Below are positions 38,162-51,699 of a DNA stretch of 64,000 nucleotides, one piece after another. Source of the DNA: Chiloscyllium plagiosum (taxonomy: Eukaryota). The first letter of the stretch is position 1. Every line of letters starts with the position of its first letter. A program made the position numbers and the translations under genes. The stretch covers positions 15,769,348-15,833,347 of the forward strand of contig NC_057752.1 in the NCBI RefSeq assembly GCF_004010195.1. The letters are read 5' to 3'. The notes beneath the pieces were generated by a model that was not told the DNA's origin, searched no databases, and saw only the letters and a program-made list of their open reading frames with translations.

Positions 38162-41100
38162 TAGAACATAAATAGAACATAGAAAAGTACAGCACAGAAC
38201 AGACCCTTCGGCCCATGCTATTGTGCCGAAGATTAATCCTAATGTAAAATAAAATAACCTAGCGTACACACCCCTCAATTCACTGCTGTCCATGTGTATG
38301 TCCAGCAGTCGCTTAAATGTCCCTAATGACTCTGCTTCCACTATCACATAAGGCAATGCATTCCATGCATTCACAACTCTCTGCGTAAAGAACCTACCTC
38401 TGATGTCTCCTCTATACCTTTCTCCTAATATCTTAAAACTATGACCCCTCGTACCAGTCAATCTTGCCTGGAGGAAAGTCTCTGGCTATTGACTCTATCC
38501 ATGCCTCTCATTATCTTGTATACCTCGATCAGGTCACCTCTCATCCTCATTCCCTCCAGAAAGAAAAGTCCGAGCTTAGTCAACCTCTCTTCATAAGACA
38601 AGCCCTCCAGTCCAGGCAGCATCCTGGTAAACCTTCTTTGCGCCCTCTTCAAAGCCTCTGTATCTTTCCTATAATAGGGCGACAAGAACTGGACAAAATA
38701 TTCCAAGTGTGGTCTCACCAGTGACTTGTAGAGCTGTAGCAAAACCTCGCAGCTCTTAAACCCGATCCTCCTGTTAATGAAAGCCAAAACACCATATGCT
38801 TTCTTAATAACCTTATCCGCTTAAGTGGCAACTTTGAGGGATCTATGCACTTGAACACCAAGATCCCCCTGTTCCTCCACACTGCCAAGAAACTTGTCTT
38901 TAATCCTATATTCAGTATTCAAGGTCGACCTTCCAAAATGCATCACTTCACATTTATCCAGGTTGAACTCCATCTGCCATTTCTCAGCCAAACTCTGCAT
39001 CCTGTCTATGTCACGCTGTAACCTGCAATAACCCTCTATACTATCAACAGCACCTCCAACCTTTGTGTCATCTGCAAATTTACTAACCTACTCCTCAATC
39101 TCCTCATCCAAGTCATTTATAAAAACTGCAAAGAGCAGAGATCCGAGAACAGAACCCTGCAGGACACCACTCAACACTGACCTCCAGACAGAATACTTCC
39201 CATCTACAACCATTCTCTGCCTTCTGTCAGCCAATCAATTCTGAATCCAGACAGCCAAATCTCCCTGTATCCCATATGTCCTGACTTTATGAATGAGCCT
39301 ACCATGGGGAACCTTATCAAATGCCTTGCTGAAGTCCACGTACACCACATCCACTGCTCAACCTTTGTCAACCTGTCTTGTCACCTCCTCGAAGAACTCA
39401 ATTAGAATAGTTAGGCATGATCTGCCCCTCACAAAGCCATGCTGACTGTCTTTAATCGCACTATGCTTTTCCAAATAGTCATAAATCCTATCCCTCAGAA
39501 TACTTTCCAAAACCTTACTGACCACAGACGTAAGACTGACTGGTCTGTAATTGCCAGGGATTTCCCTATTATCTTTCTTGAAAAGAGGAACAACATTTAC
39601 CTCCCTCCAATCCTCTGGTATGACTCCTGTGGAGAGTGAGGAAGCAAAGATCTTTGCCAGCGGCTTAGCAATCTCCTTTCTCACTTCCTGGAGAAATCTA
39701 GGATAAATCTGGTCTGGCCCTTGGGACTTATCAATCTTAATGTTTGCTAAAATTTCCAGCACATCAACTTCATCAATCTTGATCTGTTCAAGCCTGTTTC
39801 CCAGCTCCTCAAAGTTCTTATTCACAACAAGGTCCCTTTCCTTAGTAAAAACCGAAGCATAAAACTCAATTAGGGCTTCCCATATCTGCTCAGACTCTAC
39901 GCACAAGTTCCCTATGCTATTCCTGACTGGTCCTATCTTCTCCTTGATCATTCTCTTATTCCCCACATATGAGTAAAATGCCTTTGGGTTCTCCTTAATC
40001 CTTCCTACCAAGCCTTCGTTGTGCCCCTTCTGGATCTCCTCAGTCCATTTCTGAGCTCCTTTCTAGCAAGCCTGTAATTTTCTAAAGCTGTGCTAGATCC
40101 TTGTTTCCTCCACCTTTATGTAAGCTGCCTTCTTCCTTTTGACGAGAAACTCCTCTGTTCCCATCATCCAAGGCTCCTTAATCTTAGCCCTTCTTACCTG
40201 TCTCAGAGGAACAAATTTGTGCATCACTCGCAACAACTGCTCCTTAAACAGTCTCCACATGTCTGCTGTGCCCTTCCTGTGGAACAATTGCTCCCAGTCT
40301 GGACTTCCCAACTCCTGTCTGATAGTGTCATAGTTTCCTTTTCCCCAATTAAATATCATCTTTTGGTAACTGCTCCTTTCCCTCTCCAAGGCTATGGTAA
40401 ATATGAAGCAGTTGTGGTCACTGTCATCAAAGTGTTCTCCCACTGCGAGATCTGACACCTGTCCTGGCTTGTTGCCAAGCACCAAATCCAAAATAATCTC
40501 TCCTCTCATTGCCGTGTCTACATACTGAGTAAGTAAACCCTCCAGAACACATCTGACAAAAATGGCTCCATCCAAACCATCTGCACTAAGGAAGTTCCAG
40601 TCGATATTGGGAAAGTTGAAGTCACCCATAACAACAACCCTGCTACACCTGCATTTTTCCAAACTCTGTCAGCCTATCAGTTCTTCAATCTCCCTACTGC
40701 TATTAAGTGGTCTGTAGAAAACCCCCAGTGAGGTGGCTGCTCCCTTGCTGTTCCTAACTTCCACCCATACTGACTCAGTAGACAAACCTTCCTCAACAAA
40801 CTTAACTTCTGCAGCTGCGATGCACTCTCTGATTAGCAATGCTCACTCCCTCCTCTTTTTCCACCCTCGCTGTTCTTTTTAAACTTTCTAAACCCTGGAA
40901 CATTTAGCAACCATTCCTGCCCTTGTGAAACCCACGTCTCCGTTATGGCCACAACATCATAGCCCCAAGTACTGATCCATGCTCTAAGTTCATCACTCTT
41001 ATTTCTGACACTCCTTGCGTTAAAGCAGACACACTCTAACCGATTCCTTTGTTTCATCACGTGAGAAAACTTCCCGGTAGATTCACTACATCCTGTCACT

Positions 41101-41490
41101 GCCCCATCTACAACTACCCCTCCTCTCAGATATGTAGCTCTGATTCCCACCCCCCTGCCAAACTAGTTTAAACCCTCCCAAACCACATGAGCAAATCTCC
41201 CACCCAGGACATTTGTACCCATTCAGTTCAGGTGCAACCTATCCTTCATGTACAGGTCCCAACTTCCCCAGAAGGTATCCCAATGGTCTGCAAATCTGAA
41301 GCCCTCCCTCCTGCACTAGCTGCACAGCCACATGTTAAGCTGCACTCGCTGCCTGTTCCTCACCTCACAATCTTGTGCCACCGGTAGCAAACCTGAGATC
41401 ACTACTGTACTCGTCCTGCTCTTCAGCTTCCAACCTAGCTCTCTGTAGATACTTTTCAGATTCTCAATCCCTTTCCTGGCTATATCGTTG
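38162..41490 (-). mobile_element. CR1 LINE with near-complete ORF2 and the 3' end of ORF1, decayed
   Basis: CFNARSVRNK, VAITETW, MGDFNFP, SDHN, NYRPVSLTS, QHGF, LVRPHLEY; (agaacat)n tail at the left end. Confidence 0.93.
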
Positions 41491-42801
41491 GTTTAGTCAT
41501 GCTCCTAGTTCTTATGTTCATGAGTTCTTATGTTTCAGGCTTCAGGTACTTTTACTGCAGAGAAATAGAAACACCGCAGTGTAGAAACTTCTCCTACTCT
41601 ATTGTAAAGTGCCAAGCTATTCCCTTGCCCAGGAGCCAATCAGAGAGCTGTTGTCAAGCTGATGACATTTGACAGGTGAAAGTGAGGATTGCAGATGCTG
41701 GAGATCAGAGTCAAGATTAGAGTGACACTGATGATGTTTAACACCCAAACACAAACCAATGAGTTACCTATTGCTGGCTGAATCTCACTTTGTGTGCACA
41801 GTGTGACGCCATGTCATTTTAATCATACCTACCCCCATTACTTCCAAAGCAACAGTGTAAACACAACACATAATGCGTTCCAGTAACTTGTTTTTAAAAG
41901 TGCAGTAATTCTCTCCTTTTGTCCTTGGTTTTAAAAAGCAACCCTTTTCCCATTTTAGCTCACAATAAAAAATTAAGAAAATGAAAAGCTGTGGTTTCTA
42001 CAGTGGTGTGTGACTTACAACAGGGCTGGCAGGAAGTGGAGACCTCATTTATCTGTTGTTTCTGCTCTTTTAGATGGTAGACGTTGTATATTTGTAAGGG
42101 AAGCTTGATTGCCAAGATGTCATTACTTTGAAATATCTGTTCCAGATTCCTGCAGCCATTAATGAAAATGCTGTTTCCTTTCAAGGAGATCTTCAGAATG
42201 CTTTTGATCTGTTTTCTTTGTCCTCCTGGAACACTGGCCTTTTGAGAGTTGAGAACTGGAGCTGGTGGGGGGCAGCTGAGTATTGTGTAGAATTCATGGT
42301 GATTGATGTTGCAGCAATTTTTCCTGTATGCTTGTGGAGCTGGCTTTAAGAAGGACGTAATGTTTGTGTGATGTTCCCTATTCTCACTGAAGAATGTTCT
42401 GGAAATTTTATGATTTTTCTAGTATTCTAATATGTCACTGACACACAGTGCAAGTCTCACTGCAGGACAGGAATGCAGTGAGGACAACTACTCCACATAT
42501 CAGGGCTGATATTAACTTGTTAAGGTGCTTGATATCAAACACTCGCTGCTGCAGTTGTAGAAGGCAGATGTGACTCAGCAGTTCCCTTGTCAACTGGTGG
42601 CCTTTTGAGAGACTGGTTGCCTATGGATGAAAAGTGCATGATTGATTCCAGACTCTTCACCTCAACATATAGGAGGTTGACCAGATATGCATTGCTATAT
42701 TACCGTGTGAAACTGTGTGTACTTGACACCAGTTCTATCCAGATTGCTTTAAACACCAATATCCAACAACTGTATTTTTAGTATTTTGTTGTTTCCTGCA
42801 G

Positions 42802-42872
42802 CCCAATCTCATCAGGTAAATGCTCAGAAATCAGAGACGGAAATCCAGGAAAATGAGTATCATAAAAACAAG
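42802..42872 (+). CDS. GLTPD2: GLTPD2 exon 2 (P-QSHQVNAQKSETEIQENEYHKNK)
   Basis: tttcctgcag| acceptor, aag|GTAAGA donor, open in phase 1 to 0 as required. Confidence 0.65.
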
Positions 42873-43079
42873 GTAAGATTGACAGTGAACCCCATCCCCC
42901 AATAATATCATACCTTTATCCCCAATGTCAGTATATGTCTGTATGTTGTTGATGATGTTCTGCATCTGTTGAAGAGGGTGTTTTACTCAGAATGGGGACT
43001 CTCACATGCTAACAGGGAACTGTGGAATTATGCTCAAGAATAATTTAAATCTAAAATAAATTCATACCTTAACTAGATT

Positions 43080-43352
43080 GTCTGTATGGAGTTTGCACAT
43101 TCTCCCCGTGTCTGCATGGGTTTCCCCCGGGTGCTCCGGTTTGCTCCCACATTCCAAGATGTTTAGGTTAGGGTGAATTGGCCATGCTAAATTGTCCATA
43201 GTGTTCAGGGATGTGTAGGTGAGGTGCATTAGTCAGGGTAAATGTAGAGTAATAGGGTAGGAGAATAGGCCCGACTGGGATACTCTTCACAGGGTCGGTG
43301 TGGACTTGTTGGGCCAAATGGCCTGTTTCCACACTGTAGGATTCTATGATTC
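43080..43352 (+). mobile_element. HE1-type V-SINE, head missing
   Basis: V-domain and ggattctatgattcta tail. Confidence 0.82.
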
Positions 43353-44044
43353 TAGGCTATAAAAATGCAAAGTGCTGAAATTCATTCTTAATGGAAAAGA
43401 AATGGAAATGCTGAAATATTGTGTTAAACTTGAATAGAACCTTGGTTAGTTGACACTGAGGAGTACTGTGCACTGTTCTAATCTCCTCATTATGGAGAAG
43501 GTATAGATATATGGACATAAAATACAAAGCTGATTTACGAGATGAGGAAAGATTTCACTGGTTGCATTGTTTTCCATAAAGCTCATGGCAGTCTTTAAAA
43601 TAAGATGGTAACAAAGAACAGAAGAATATAGTCATAGAGTGGAAATAGGTTGAAGCTGTCTGTAGCATAAACTGTGACGGAATAACTTGAATCTGAGCTT
43701 TTAAATTCTGTAATATTTTGCACCAATCAGCTAAATGAAGGCAAATCTATACTTGAGCTCTATATAAACCCGTCCTAGTGCCAGCTCAGTTTGACCCATT
43801 CTTCTTCTTAACATCACTCAACACAAATCAAACTATCTCTGGGAAGTTCCAATTGACCACTAGTCTTCAAGGGAGAGAATTTCCAATGTCCACTATTTTC
43901 TGTGAGAAGAAATCGCCGCTGCTTTCACTCCAGAGTCGACAGTCTGTAATTTTAATATTTCTGAACCCTTGATCTCTCCAATCAGATGAAATAATTTGTC
44001 TGTACGTATCATATTAAATTACATTGTCATTTTAACCTTTTGAT

Positions 44045-45662
44045 TAACAAGGAAAAGATAAACACATAACCTCAACACCAAGGAGAGGGAAGCCCTAAAA
44101 TCACTAAGAAACGATAAGAACATAATCATACTACCAGCAGACAAAGGCAGAATGACGGTCATCCTGGACAAAGCAGAGTACATCCAAAAAGCACAACAAC
44201 TACTTGCAGATACCAACACCTACCAAAAGAGGGAGTTTGACCCCACCCCACAGCTCACCAATAGGATAAACAACACACTGAGGAACCTACAAAAAAAACG
44301 GACAGATAACCAGGTNNNNNNNNNNNNNNNNNNNNNNNNNNNNNNNNNNNNNNNNNNNNNNNNNNNNNNNNNNNNNNNNNNNNNNNNNNNNNNNNNNNNN
44401 NNNNNNNNNNNNNNNNNNNNNNNNNNNNNNNNNNNNNNNNNNNNNNNNNNNNNNNNNNNNNNNNNNNNNNNNNNNNNNNNNNNNNNNNNNNNNNNNNNNN
44501 NNNNNNNNNNNNNNNNNNNNNNNNNNNNNNNNNNNNNNNNNNNNNNNNNNNNNNNNNNNNNNNNNNNNNNNNNNNNNNNNNNNNNNNNNNNNNNNNNNNN
44601 NNNNNNNNNNNNNNNNNNNNNNNNNNNNNNNNNNNNNNNNNNNNNNNNNNNNNNNNNNNNNNNNNNNNNNNNNNNNNNNNNNNNNNNNNNNNNNNNNNNN
44701 NNNNNNNNNNNNNNNNNNNNNNNNNNNNNNNNNNNNNNNNNNNNNNNNNNNNNNNNNNNNNNNNNNNNNNNNNNNNNNNNNNNNNNNNNNNNNNNNNNNN
44801 NNNNNNNNNNNNNNNNNNNNNNNNNNNNNNNNNNNNNNNNNNNNNNNNNNNNNNNNNNNNNNNNNNNNNNNNNNNNNNNNNNNNNNNNNNNNNNNNNNNN
44901 NNNNNNNNNNNNNNNNNNNNNNNNNNNNNNNNNNNNNNNNNNNNNNNNNNNNNNNNNNNNNNNNNNNNNNNNNNNNNNNNNNNNNNNNNNNNNNNNNNNN
45001 NNNNNNNNNNNNNNNNNNNNNNNNNNNNNNNNNNNNNNNNNNNNNNNNNNNNNNNNNNNNNNNNNNNNNNNNCCTTTGGGTTGTGGCATGTCCTCGTTCC
45101 GTTGTCTTTCCCTTAGGTATCTGTTGATGAAATTGCGAGGATATCCGTTTTTGGTGAATACCTTGTATAGGTGTTCCTCTTCCTCTTTTTGCAGTTCTGG
45201 TGTATATAGGACAAACAGGAAGACAGCTAACGATCCGCATCCATGAACATCAACTAGCCATGAAACGACACGACCAGCTATCCCTAGTAGCCACACACGC
45301 AGACGACAAGCAACATGAATTTGACTGGGACAACACTACCATTATAGGGCAAGCCAAACAAAGAACAGCCAGGGAATTCCTAGAAGCATGGCACTCATCC
45401 ACAAACTCCATCAACAAACACATCAACCTAGACCCAATATAATTGCCGCTAAAGCGGACAGCTGAAACTGACAACCGGAAGCGGCAGGGACAGGCCACTA
45501 TAAATGCCGGAGGAAACACCTCAGAAGCGCTTCACAGGAGGCTCCCAAGCACTGAGGATGTCACCTAGACAGGGGACGAAACGTTTGCAACAAAAACTTC
45601 CAGCTCGGCGAACAGAACCACAGCAACGAGCACCCGAGCTACAAACCTTCTCACAAACTTTG
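44045..45662 (+). mobile_element. Penelope-like retroelement (RT N-terminus, assembly gap, inverted piece, GIY-YIG endonuclease, terminal repeat with hammerhead)
   Basis: IIILPADKGRMTVILDK; YIGQTGR.L..RIHEH...REFLEAWH...SIN; 11-bp TSD aaccttttgat (44034-44044, 45663-45673). Confidence 0.9.
45549..45588 (+). ncRNA. Minimal type I hammerhead ribozyme in the Penelope terminal repeat
   Basis: gca-CTGAGGA-t-gtcacct/agac/aggggac-GAAAC-GTT-tgc: conserved core, stem II, palindromic ACGT stem III, stem I gca/tgc. Confidence 0.72.
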
Positions 45663-45789
45663 AACCTTTTGATCAGTTTTCCTCTCAATTTTATAAACTC
45701 ACAATTTAATTTTCTTAATCCCTGGATCATTCTGGTGTAACTGTGCCATACCTCTTCAGTGGCCAATATGTTCTACCTGAGGTCAATAA

Positions 45790-47110
45790 AGTCACAGAAT
45801 CCTAGAACACAGAGGCAGGCCCTTTGGCCCAAAATGGTCCATGCCAACCAAAATGTCTGTCCATGTCAACCTCACTTTCCCTGCATTTGGCCCATATCCT
45901 TCTAATCCTTCCTTATCCATGTATTTGTCCAAATGCTTTTTAAATGTTGTTAATGTACCCACTTCAACCACTTCTGCGGCAGCTCATTCCGTATATGTAT
46001 CACCCTCTGTGTAAAAAAAGTTGCCCCTCAGGTTCTCTTTTATTCCTTCCCCTCTAACTTTAAACTGATGCCCTCTAGTCTGTAATTCCCCAACCCTGAG
46101 AAAAAGAAAAGTGTATTCACTCAATCCATGCTCTCATGACATTATACACCTCTATAAGGAACCCCTTAGTCTCCTAGCCTCTAAAGAAAAAAGTCGTAGT
46201 TTGTCCAACCTTTCCCTATAACTCAGACCATTGAGTCCTGGCAACATCCTTGTAAATTTCTTCTGCACTCTTTCCAGTTTAATAACATCCTTCTTATAAC
46301 AAGGTGACGAAAACTGTACACAATATCCAAATGTGACTTCACCAATGTTCTGTACAACTGCCACATAACTTCCCATTCTATACTAAATGCCCTGACTGAT
46401 GAAGGCCAGAGTGCCAAAAGACTTCTTCACTGCCCTATCTACCTGTGACTCCACTTTCAGAGAAACGTGCACTTGAACCTCAGGGTCCTGCTGTTCCACT
46501 ACACACCTTAAGGCCCTACTATTCACCATGAAACTCCTATGTTGATTTGACTTTCCAAAATGCAAAATCTCACACCTAACTACGTTAAACTCCATTTGCC
46601 ATTTCATAGCCCACTTCCCCAGCTGATCAATGTCCTGCTGCAACTTCTGATAACTTTCCTCACTGTCCATGATACCCCTGTTTTTAGTGTCATCAGCAAA
46701 CTTACTAATCATGCCTTGTACATTTTCATCCAAATCATTGATATAGATAACAAGCAGTAATGGGCCCAGCAGTGACTGCTGAGGCACTCCACTCATCACA
46801 GGCCTCCAATCCGACAAGAATCCTTCCATTATTGCCTTCTGCTTCCTACTATCAAGCCAATTGTATATCCAATTTGCCAGTTCACCCTGGATTCCATGCA
46901 ATCTAACCTTCCAAAGCAGCCTACTATGTGGAAGGCCTTACTTAAATCCATATAGACTACATATACTGCTCTGCCATTGTCAACCTTCCTGGTCACTTCA
47001 TCAAAGAATGCTAACAAATTTGTGAGGCATGATCTCCCACTCACAAAGCCATGCTGCCTATTCCTAATCAAACCCCTGTCACGTATTATATATCTTATCT
47101 CAGAATCTTC
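45790..47110 (-). mobile_element. CR1 LINE RT and 3' end
   Basis: QHGF, YMDLSKAF, SGVPQ, KFADD on the - strand. Confidence 0.9.
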
Positions 47111-47869
47111 TCAACTAACTTATCGACCACAAATGTTAAGAAGTAAACACTGTACCTAAATATGGGAGGTATTTAGGTATGTACCTAGGTATGGATCAGT
47201 GTAGTTTATGTAACTAGCACAACTTCCAACATCTTTAATTGGCTGCCCCTAACCCTACTCCTATAAGTACAATTCTTAGAGTCTTTAGCAATTTGGGAAA
47301 TCTTATTCCTGAAGAAACTGTTGACATACCCTGCCTATACTTTTAATGAGACATTAAACCAAATTTTTCTGCCCTCTCAAGTTGACATGCAAAATCCCAG
47401 GGAACTTTCCAAAAGGCAGTATCCTGGCACATTCGCATTTCAATCAACATAATTAAATTCAGTGATTGATCTTGCTCCCATTTAAACAGAAGTTGCTGCG
47501 CCATAGTCCCCACATTGCAAACTTGAAAAATGTCCTTGTAAAGTGAAAGGAGCTATTATTTAAAATTTGTATTTGATTTTTCATTCAGGTTATAAAATGC
47601 AGAATTAAGTAACCTGGGCATGAAGTGCATTGTGAGCCTTGCCAGTGTGACTGTATCTGTAATACTGAGATGCAGCAAGCCGATGTTCTGCAATTCCTAC
47701 GCCAAAGAGCTACAGGGAAAGGCAGCATTAAGAGACATAACAGACAAAGAGAAGCGAAGAAAGGAACAGTCTATAATAGATAATACAGTTGTTAAGTTTA
47801 TAAGTATTAAGTTTAATTAACTAATTTAATAGCCTGTTCTTGTTCTTGCATAACTTTGAATGGGGTCAG

Positions 47870-48039
47870 CACATGGATGCTTCAAAGTTAATGAATTCCG
47901 TGGATAAAAATCACAGAGAGAAGTGTGACAACAGCAATTTCCAAATCAATCGGGTCCAAGCTGCATTCCAAGCTTCTTTGATGAAGAATGAAGATATTTT
48001 ACTTAAAAGCTATCTTGAAGGATGGACAGAACTCCAAAA
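47870..48039 (+). CDS. GLTPD2: GLTPD2 exon 3 (HMDASK...FQASLMKNEDILLKSYLEGWTELQ-K)
   Basis: GLTP-fold helix motif ILL..YL.GW.EL; donor aa|GTAAGC in phase 2; 5' boundary (gtcag|cac) is less certain. Confidence 0.8.
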
Positions 48040-48759
48040 GTAAGCAAACAAAATATTAATCAAATCATCTTAATTTGACAGCACAGGTGAAGTTGGCAAA
48101 ACAAAGGTAAGTATTGAGAGAAATATATGTAAATGCATGGAATACGTTGCTAGCGGTGGTGGTGGAAGCAGAGTCATTAGGGACATTTAAGCGACTGCTG
48201 GACATGCACATGGACAGCAGTGAATTCATGGGTGAGTAGGTTAGGTTATTTTATTTTACATTAGGATTAATCCTCTGCACAACACCGTGGGCCAAAGGGC
48301 CTGATCTGTGCTGTACTTTTTTATGTTCTATAAAGAAGAGTAGGTTTATGTCTGTGTAGATAGATCACAGGACAAATACCTGGATGTTGAGACCAGAATA
48401 TCTGTGAGATGTAAGTGAAGAAAAATGACTGAAGGATGCTGGACAACAAAAAAAATGTGTTCTGGAGTTTGGATACAGGGAATTGGGGAACTATTGGAGC
48501 TTGGAGGGAACTAGGTGAAGGGAATATGAAAGGGTCATGAGACCTTGTGTATGATAGGTCCTGACCTACTGTGTTTTTGATGAACTGAAGCTCATAAAAG
48601 GCTGAGGCATCCAAACAATCTAGGAGATTTTAAAAAAACTTAAATTGTGAATGATGAGGTATGAACAAGGATGTCAACAGTGAAGCAGGACAGATATTGC
48701 AATGCAGTTGGTATTATGGTGAAAGGTAAGGAAACAATCTTTACTACTCTTAATTATGG

Positions 48760-49830
48760 GAGTGATATGGTAGCATGAGTTAACGATTGGTTAACATACA
48801 GGGAACAAGACAGTTGGGGTTAATGGGTCTTTCTAGAGTTTGGAAAGACATAACTCATGGAGTTCCACAAGGTTCAATCTCAGGAGCCCAATTATTTACT
48901 ATTTATATTAATGATTTGGAGGAGAGGGCAGAGTGTAATGCATCCAACTTTGTTGACAAAAATAGATGGGAGGGCATGTTGTAATAGGACATAAAGAATC
49001 TGCAAGGATATATGGAAATGTTGAGTAAATGGGCAAAAACTTGACAGTTGAAATTTAATGTAGGAAATTATAAGGTTAGGCACTTTGGGAGGAAGAATTA
49101 AAAGGCAGATTATTATTTAAACAGAGATAGACTCCAGGAAATTGGAACACAAATAGATCTGGGTAGTCCTTTGCATGGAATACAAAAAGTTGCCAGGTGT
49201 AGCAAGTAATTAAGAAAGCAAATGGAATTTTGGCCCCCACTGCTGGGAATTAGAGTTTAAAAGTAGGCAAGACTTGTTTCAAATGTGCAGGATATTGGTG
49301 AGAGCACATCTGGAGTATTGCATTGTTTTAGCCTCTGTATTTAAGAAAGGATACACTGGCACTGGAGGCAATTAAAAAAATGATTCACTGGCCTGGTTCC
49401 TAGGATGAAGGAGTTGGATTTATTAATAATGGCTAAACACATTAGGCCTTTGTTTATTAGAGTTCAGAAGAATGAGGAGGGTGATCTCATTGAAATGTTA
49501 AATATTCTGAGGTGTCTGAACAGGTTAGATTTTGAGAAGATATTTCCACTAATGAGTGAATCTAAAACTAGGAAACATAGCAATAAGTGACTTACCTAAA
49601 ATTGAGATGCAAAAGAATTTGTCCTCCCAGAGTTTTGTCTGGAATTGTCTGCCCCAGAGAAGTGTGGAGGTTAAATCATGGAAGTAGGTAGATACTTGAA
49701 ATCTCAAGGAGGTAAGAACTATAAGAAGCTGAATGGAAAGAGGAATTGAATCCTGGGAGAGATCAGCCATAATCTTACAGAATGGCAGAGCAGGCATGAA
49801 AGCCTTTTCCTATTTCCTGTGTTCTGTGAA
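48760..49830 (+). mobile_element. Old CR1-type LINE RT and 3' fragment
   Basis: GVPQGSISGAQLFTIYINDL, GDLIE. Confidence 0.82.
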
Positions 49831-51240
49831 ATATAAGGGTACATGAACGTTGAATCAAGTAGTAACATTTTAATAATCACAAACCATGTCATGTAGAAAA
49901 ATGTCCAAGAGACACTTTACTGGGGTGTGATTTGCCAAAAAGATGACACTGAGCCATAGAACAGGACAAGAAACGAAAGGGTTGCTCAAAGTGAAGATTT
50001 GAAAGGATTTCTTAAAAAACAAGGGTAAGGTTATCGAGAGAATTCTCGAGTTTGGAGCTTAAACAATTGATGGTGTAGCTAATAATCATGAGGTAAGAGA
50101 AATGAGGATTTAAGCCTCTTAAGGCTAAAGTTGGAGAAATATATAGTTCTCAGAAGTTTATAGGGCAGAAAGAGCTTACAAAGACATGGAGAAGTAAAGC
50201 ATGGTGATTTTTGAGCCTAAGGATGAATTGTAGCTTTGCCAACCTCGTACTATAGTCATTTGTGGGTCAAGGAGTGATACCTCAATGAGGGCTGGTACAA
50301 GATAGCATTATTTTGTATCTAACCTTGTGCTGTATCTGTCCTGACAGCGCATGATATGGATAGTATAGAGGGAGCTGTTCTTTCAGTTTAACAGAGTAGA
50401 GGAAGCTTAACCCCATACCATACTTGCTTTGGGAATATTTGATGGGATATATGGCCTGCAGAGTTTTGGATTAACTAAGGGAGGCATATCTGGAAACATT
50501 GGAATAGTCAAATCTTGAGGTAATAAATGTAAATGAAAGAGATCAGGTTTGGAGACAGGATTTATTACAGAATGACAGTGTGTGATCTTGGTGATGGATT
50601 GAACCCTCCGCTCAGGGTCAAATATTGATCTAAAAGGTTGTTAGCAATCTAGCTGAGATAGGACAAAGAATTAAATAGGAATTTTTGACAGAGACTAAAG
50701 AAAATGACTGCTTTTTCCTAAATGGATACTTAACATCTTTCAGGACATGTTCCATTTTTTGGACCTTTTTAAAGGGAAATTTCTTACTTTTGGGAGTATT
50801 TAAACCCTCAGTTTGACTGGTTATGAAAATCAATTGAGTCCTTTGCTGACACAGACAAATTATTGTTGAAACCATAGACACCCAGAAAAGCTAAGCTATT
50901 GCAGTACAAAAACAGGCTACTGGTCCAGTACAGTCAGCTCCTGTATGTCAAATGTCAAATCTAAACCACTCACTTAGTTTGTTGACTTCAATCTTTTGTA
51001 ATCCAGTCCACCCATTTTTGCCTAAATTTTGTTAAAGATGACAGAGGGGAGGGTGGTGGATAATAACGGCTATTAATGTTTCACTGTCTGTGATGATTAC
51101 ACATACGATAGTGTTAAAGCCGTTTTAGCTCATGGAATAACTTTTCATTAATCTAAATGTTTGTGAAGACTATCCAAAAGAACCAACTTATTCTTTAGAT
51201 AACACCAAATAAAGGTAAATATTCATGTATGATGTGAAAT

Positions 51241-51549
51241 TAGATTAGATTCCCTACAATGTGGAAACAGGCCCTTTGGCCCAACAAGTCCACATCGACC
51301 CTCCGAAGAGCAACCCTCCCAGACTCATTCCCCTACATTTACCCCTGACTAATGCACCAAACACTGCGGGCAATTTAGCATGGCCAATTCACCTAGCCTG
51401 CACATCTTTGGACTGTGAGAGGAAACTGGAGGAAACGCATGCAGACATGGGGAGAATGTGGAAACTCCACACAGATAGTTGCCCAAGGTGGGAATTGAAC
51501 CCGGGTCCCTGGCGTTGTGAGGCAGCAGTGCTAACCACTGTGCCGCCCT
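51241..51549 (-). mobile_element. HE1-type V-SINE
   Basis: Reverse complement of the 11489-11789 family. Confidence 0.88.
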
Positions 51550-51699
51550 CTACATAATACATGAATATAAATACATAAAAAGAATTACTGAAGGGCAGAT
51601 CCACATTTAAAACACCCAAGTTTGCATAAACTGGCATGATTAATACTTCATAGCTTGATCCAGAGAATGTTGTACAGGCGTGCAGAAGCATCTAACTCC

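Noticed and set aside
44152-45296. Long ORFs spanning 44316-45072
   Set aside because: Artefacts of the N gap; only the flanking Penelope peptides are real
47620-47820. ORF with LRDITDKEKRRKEQ, superficially like the charged espin bundling module
   Set aside because: Lacks the conserved W-containing motifs and has no convincing splice sites; lies in GLTPD2 intron 2
47831-47850. Alternative acceptor taatag| for GLTPD2 exon 3
   Set aside because: In the required phase 0 it reaches a TAA after six codons; the acceptor at 47869 keeps the frame
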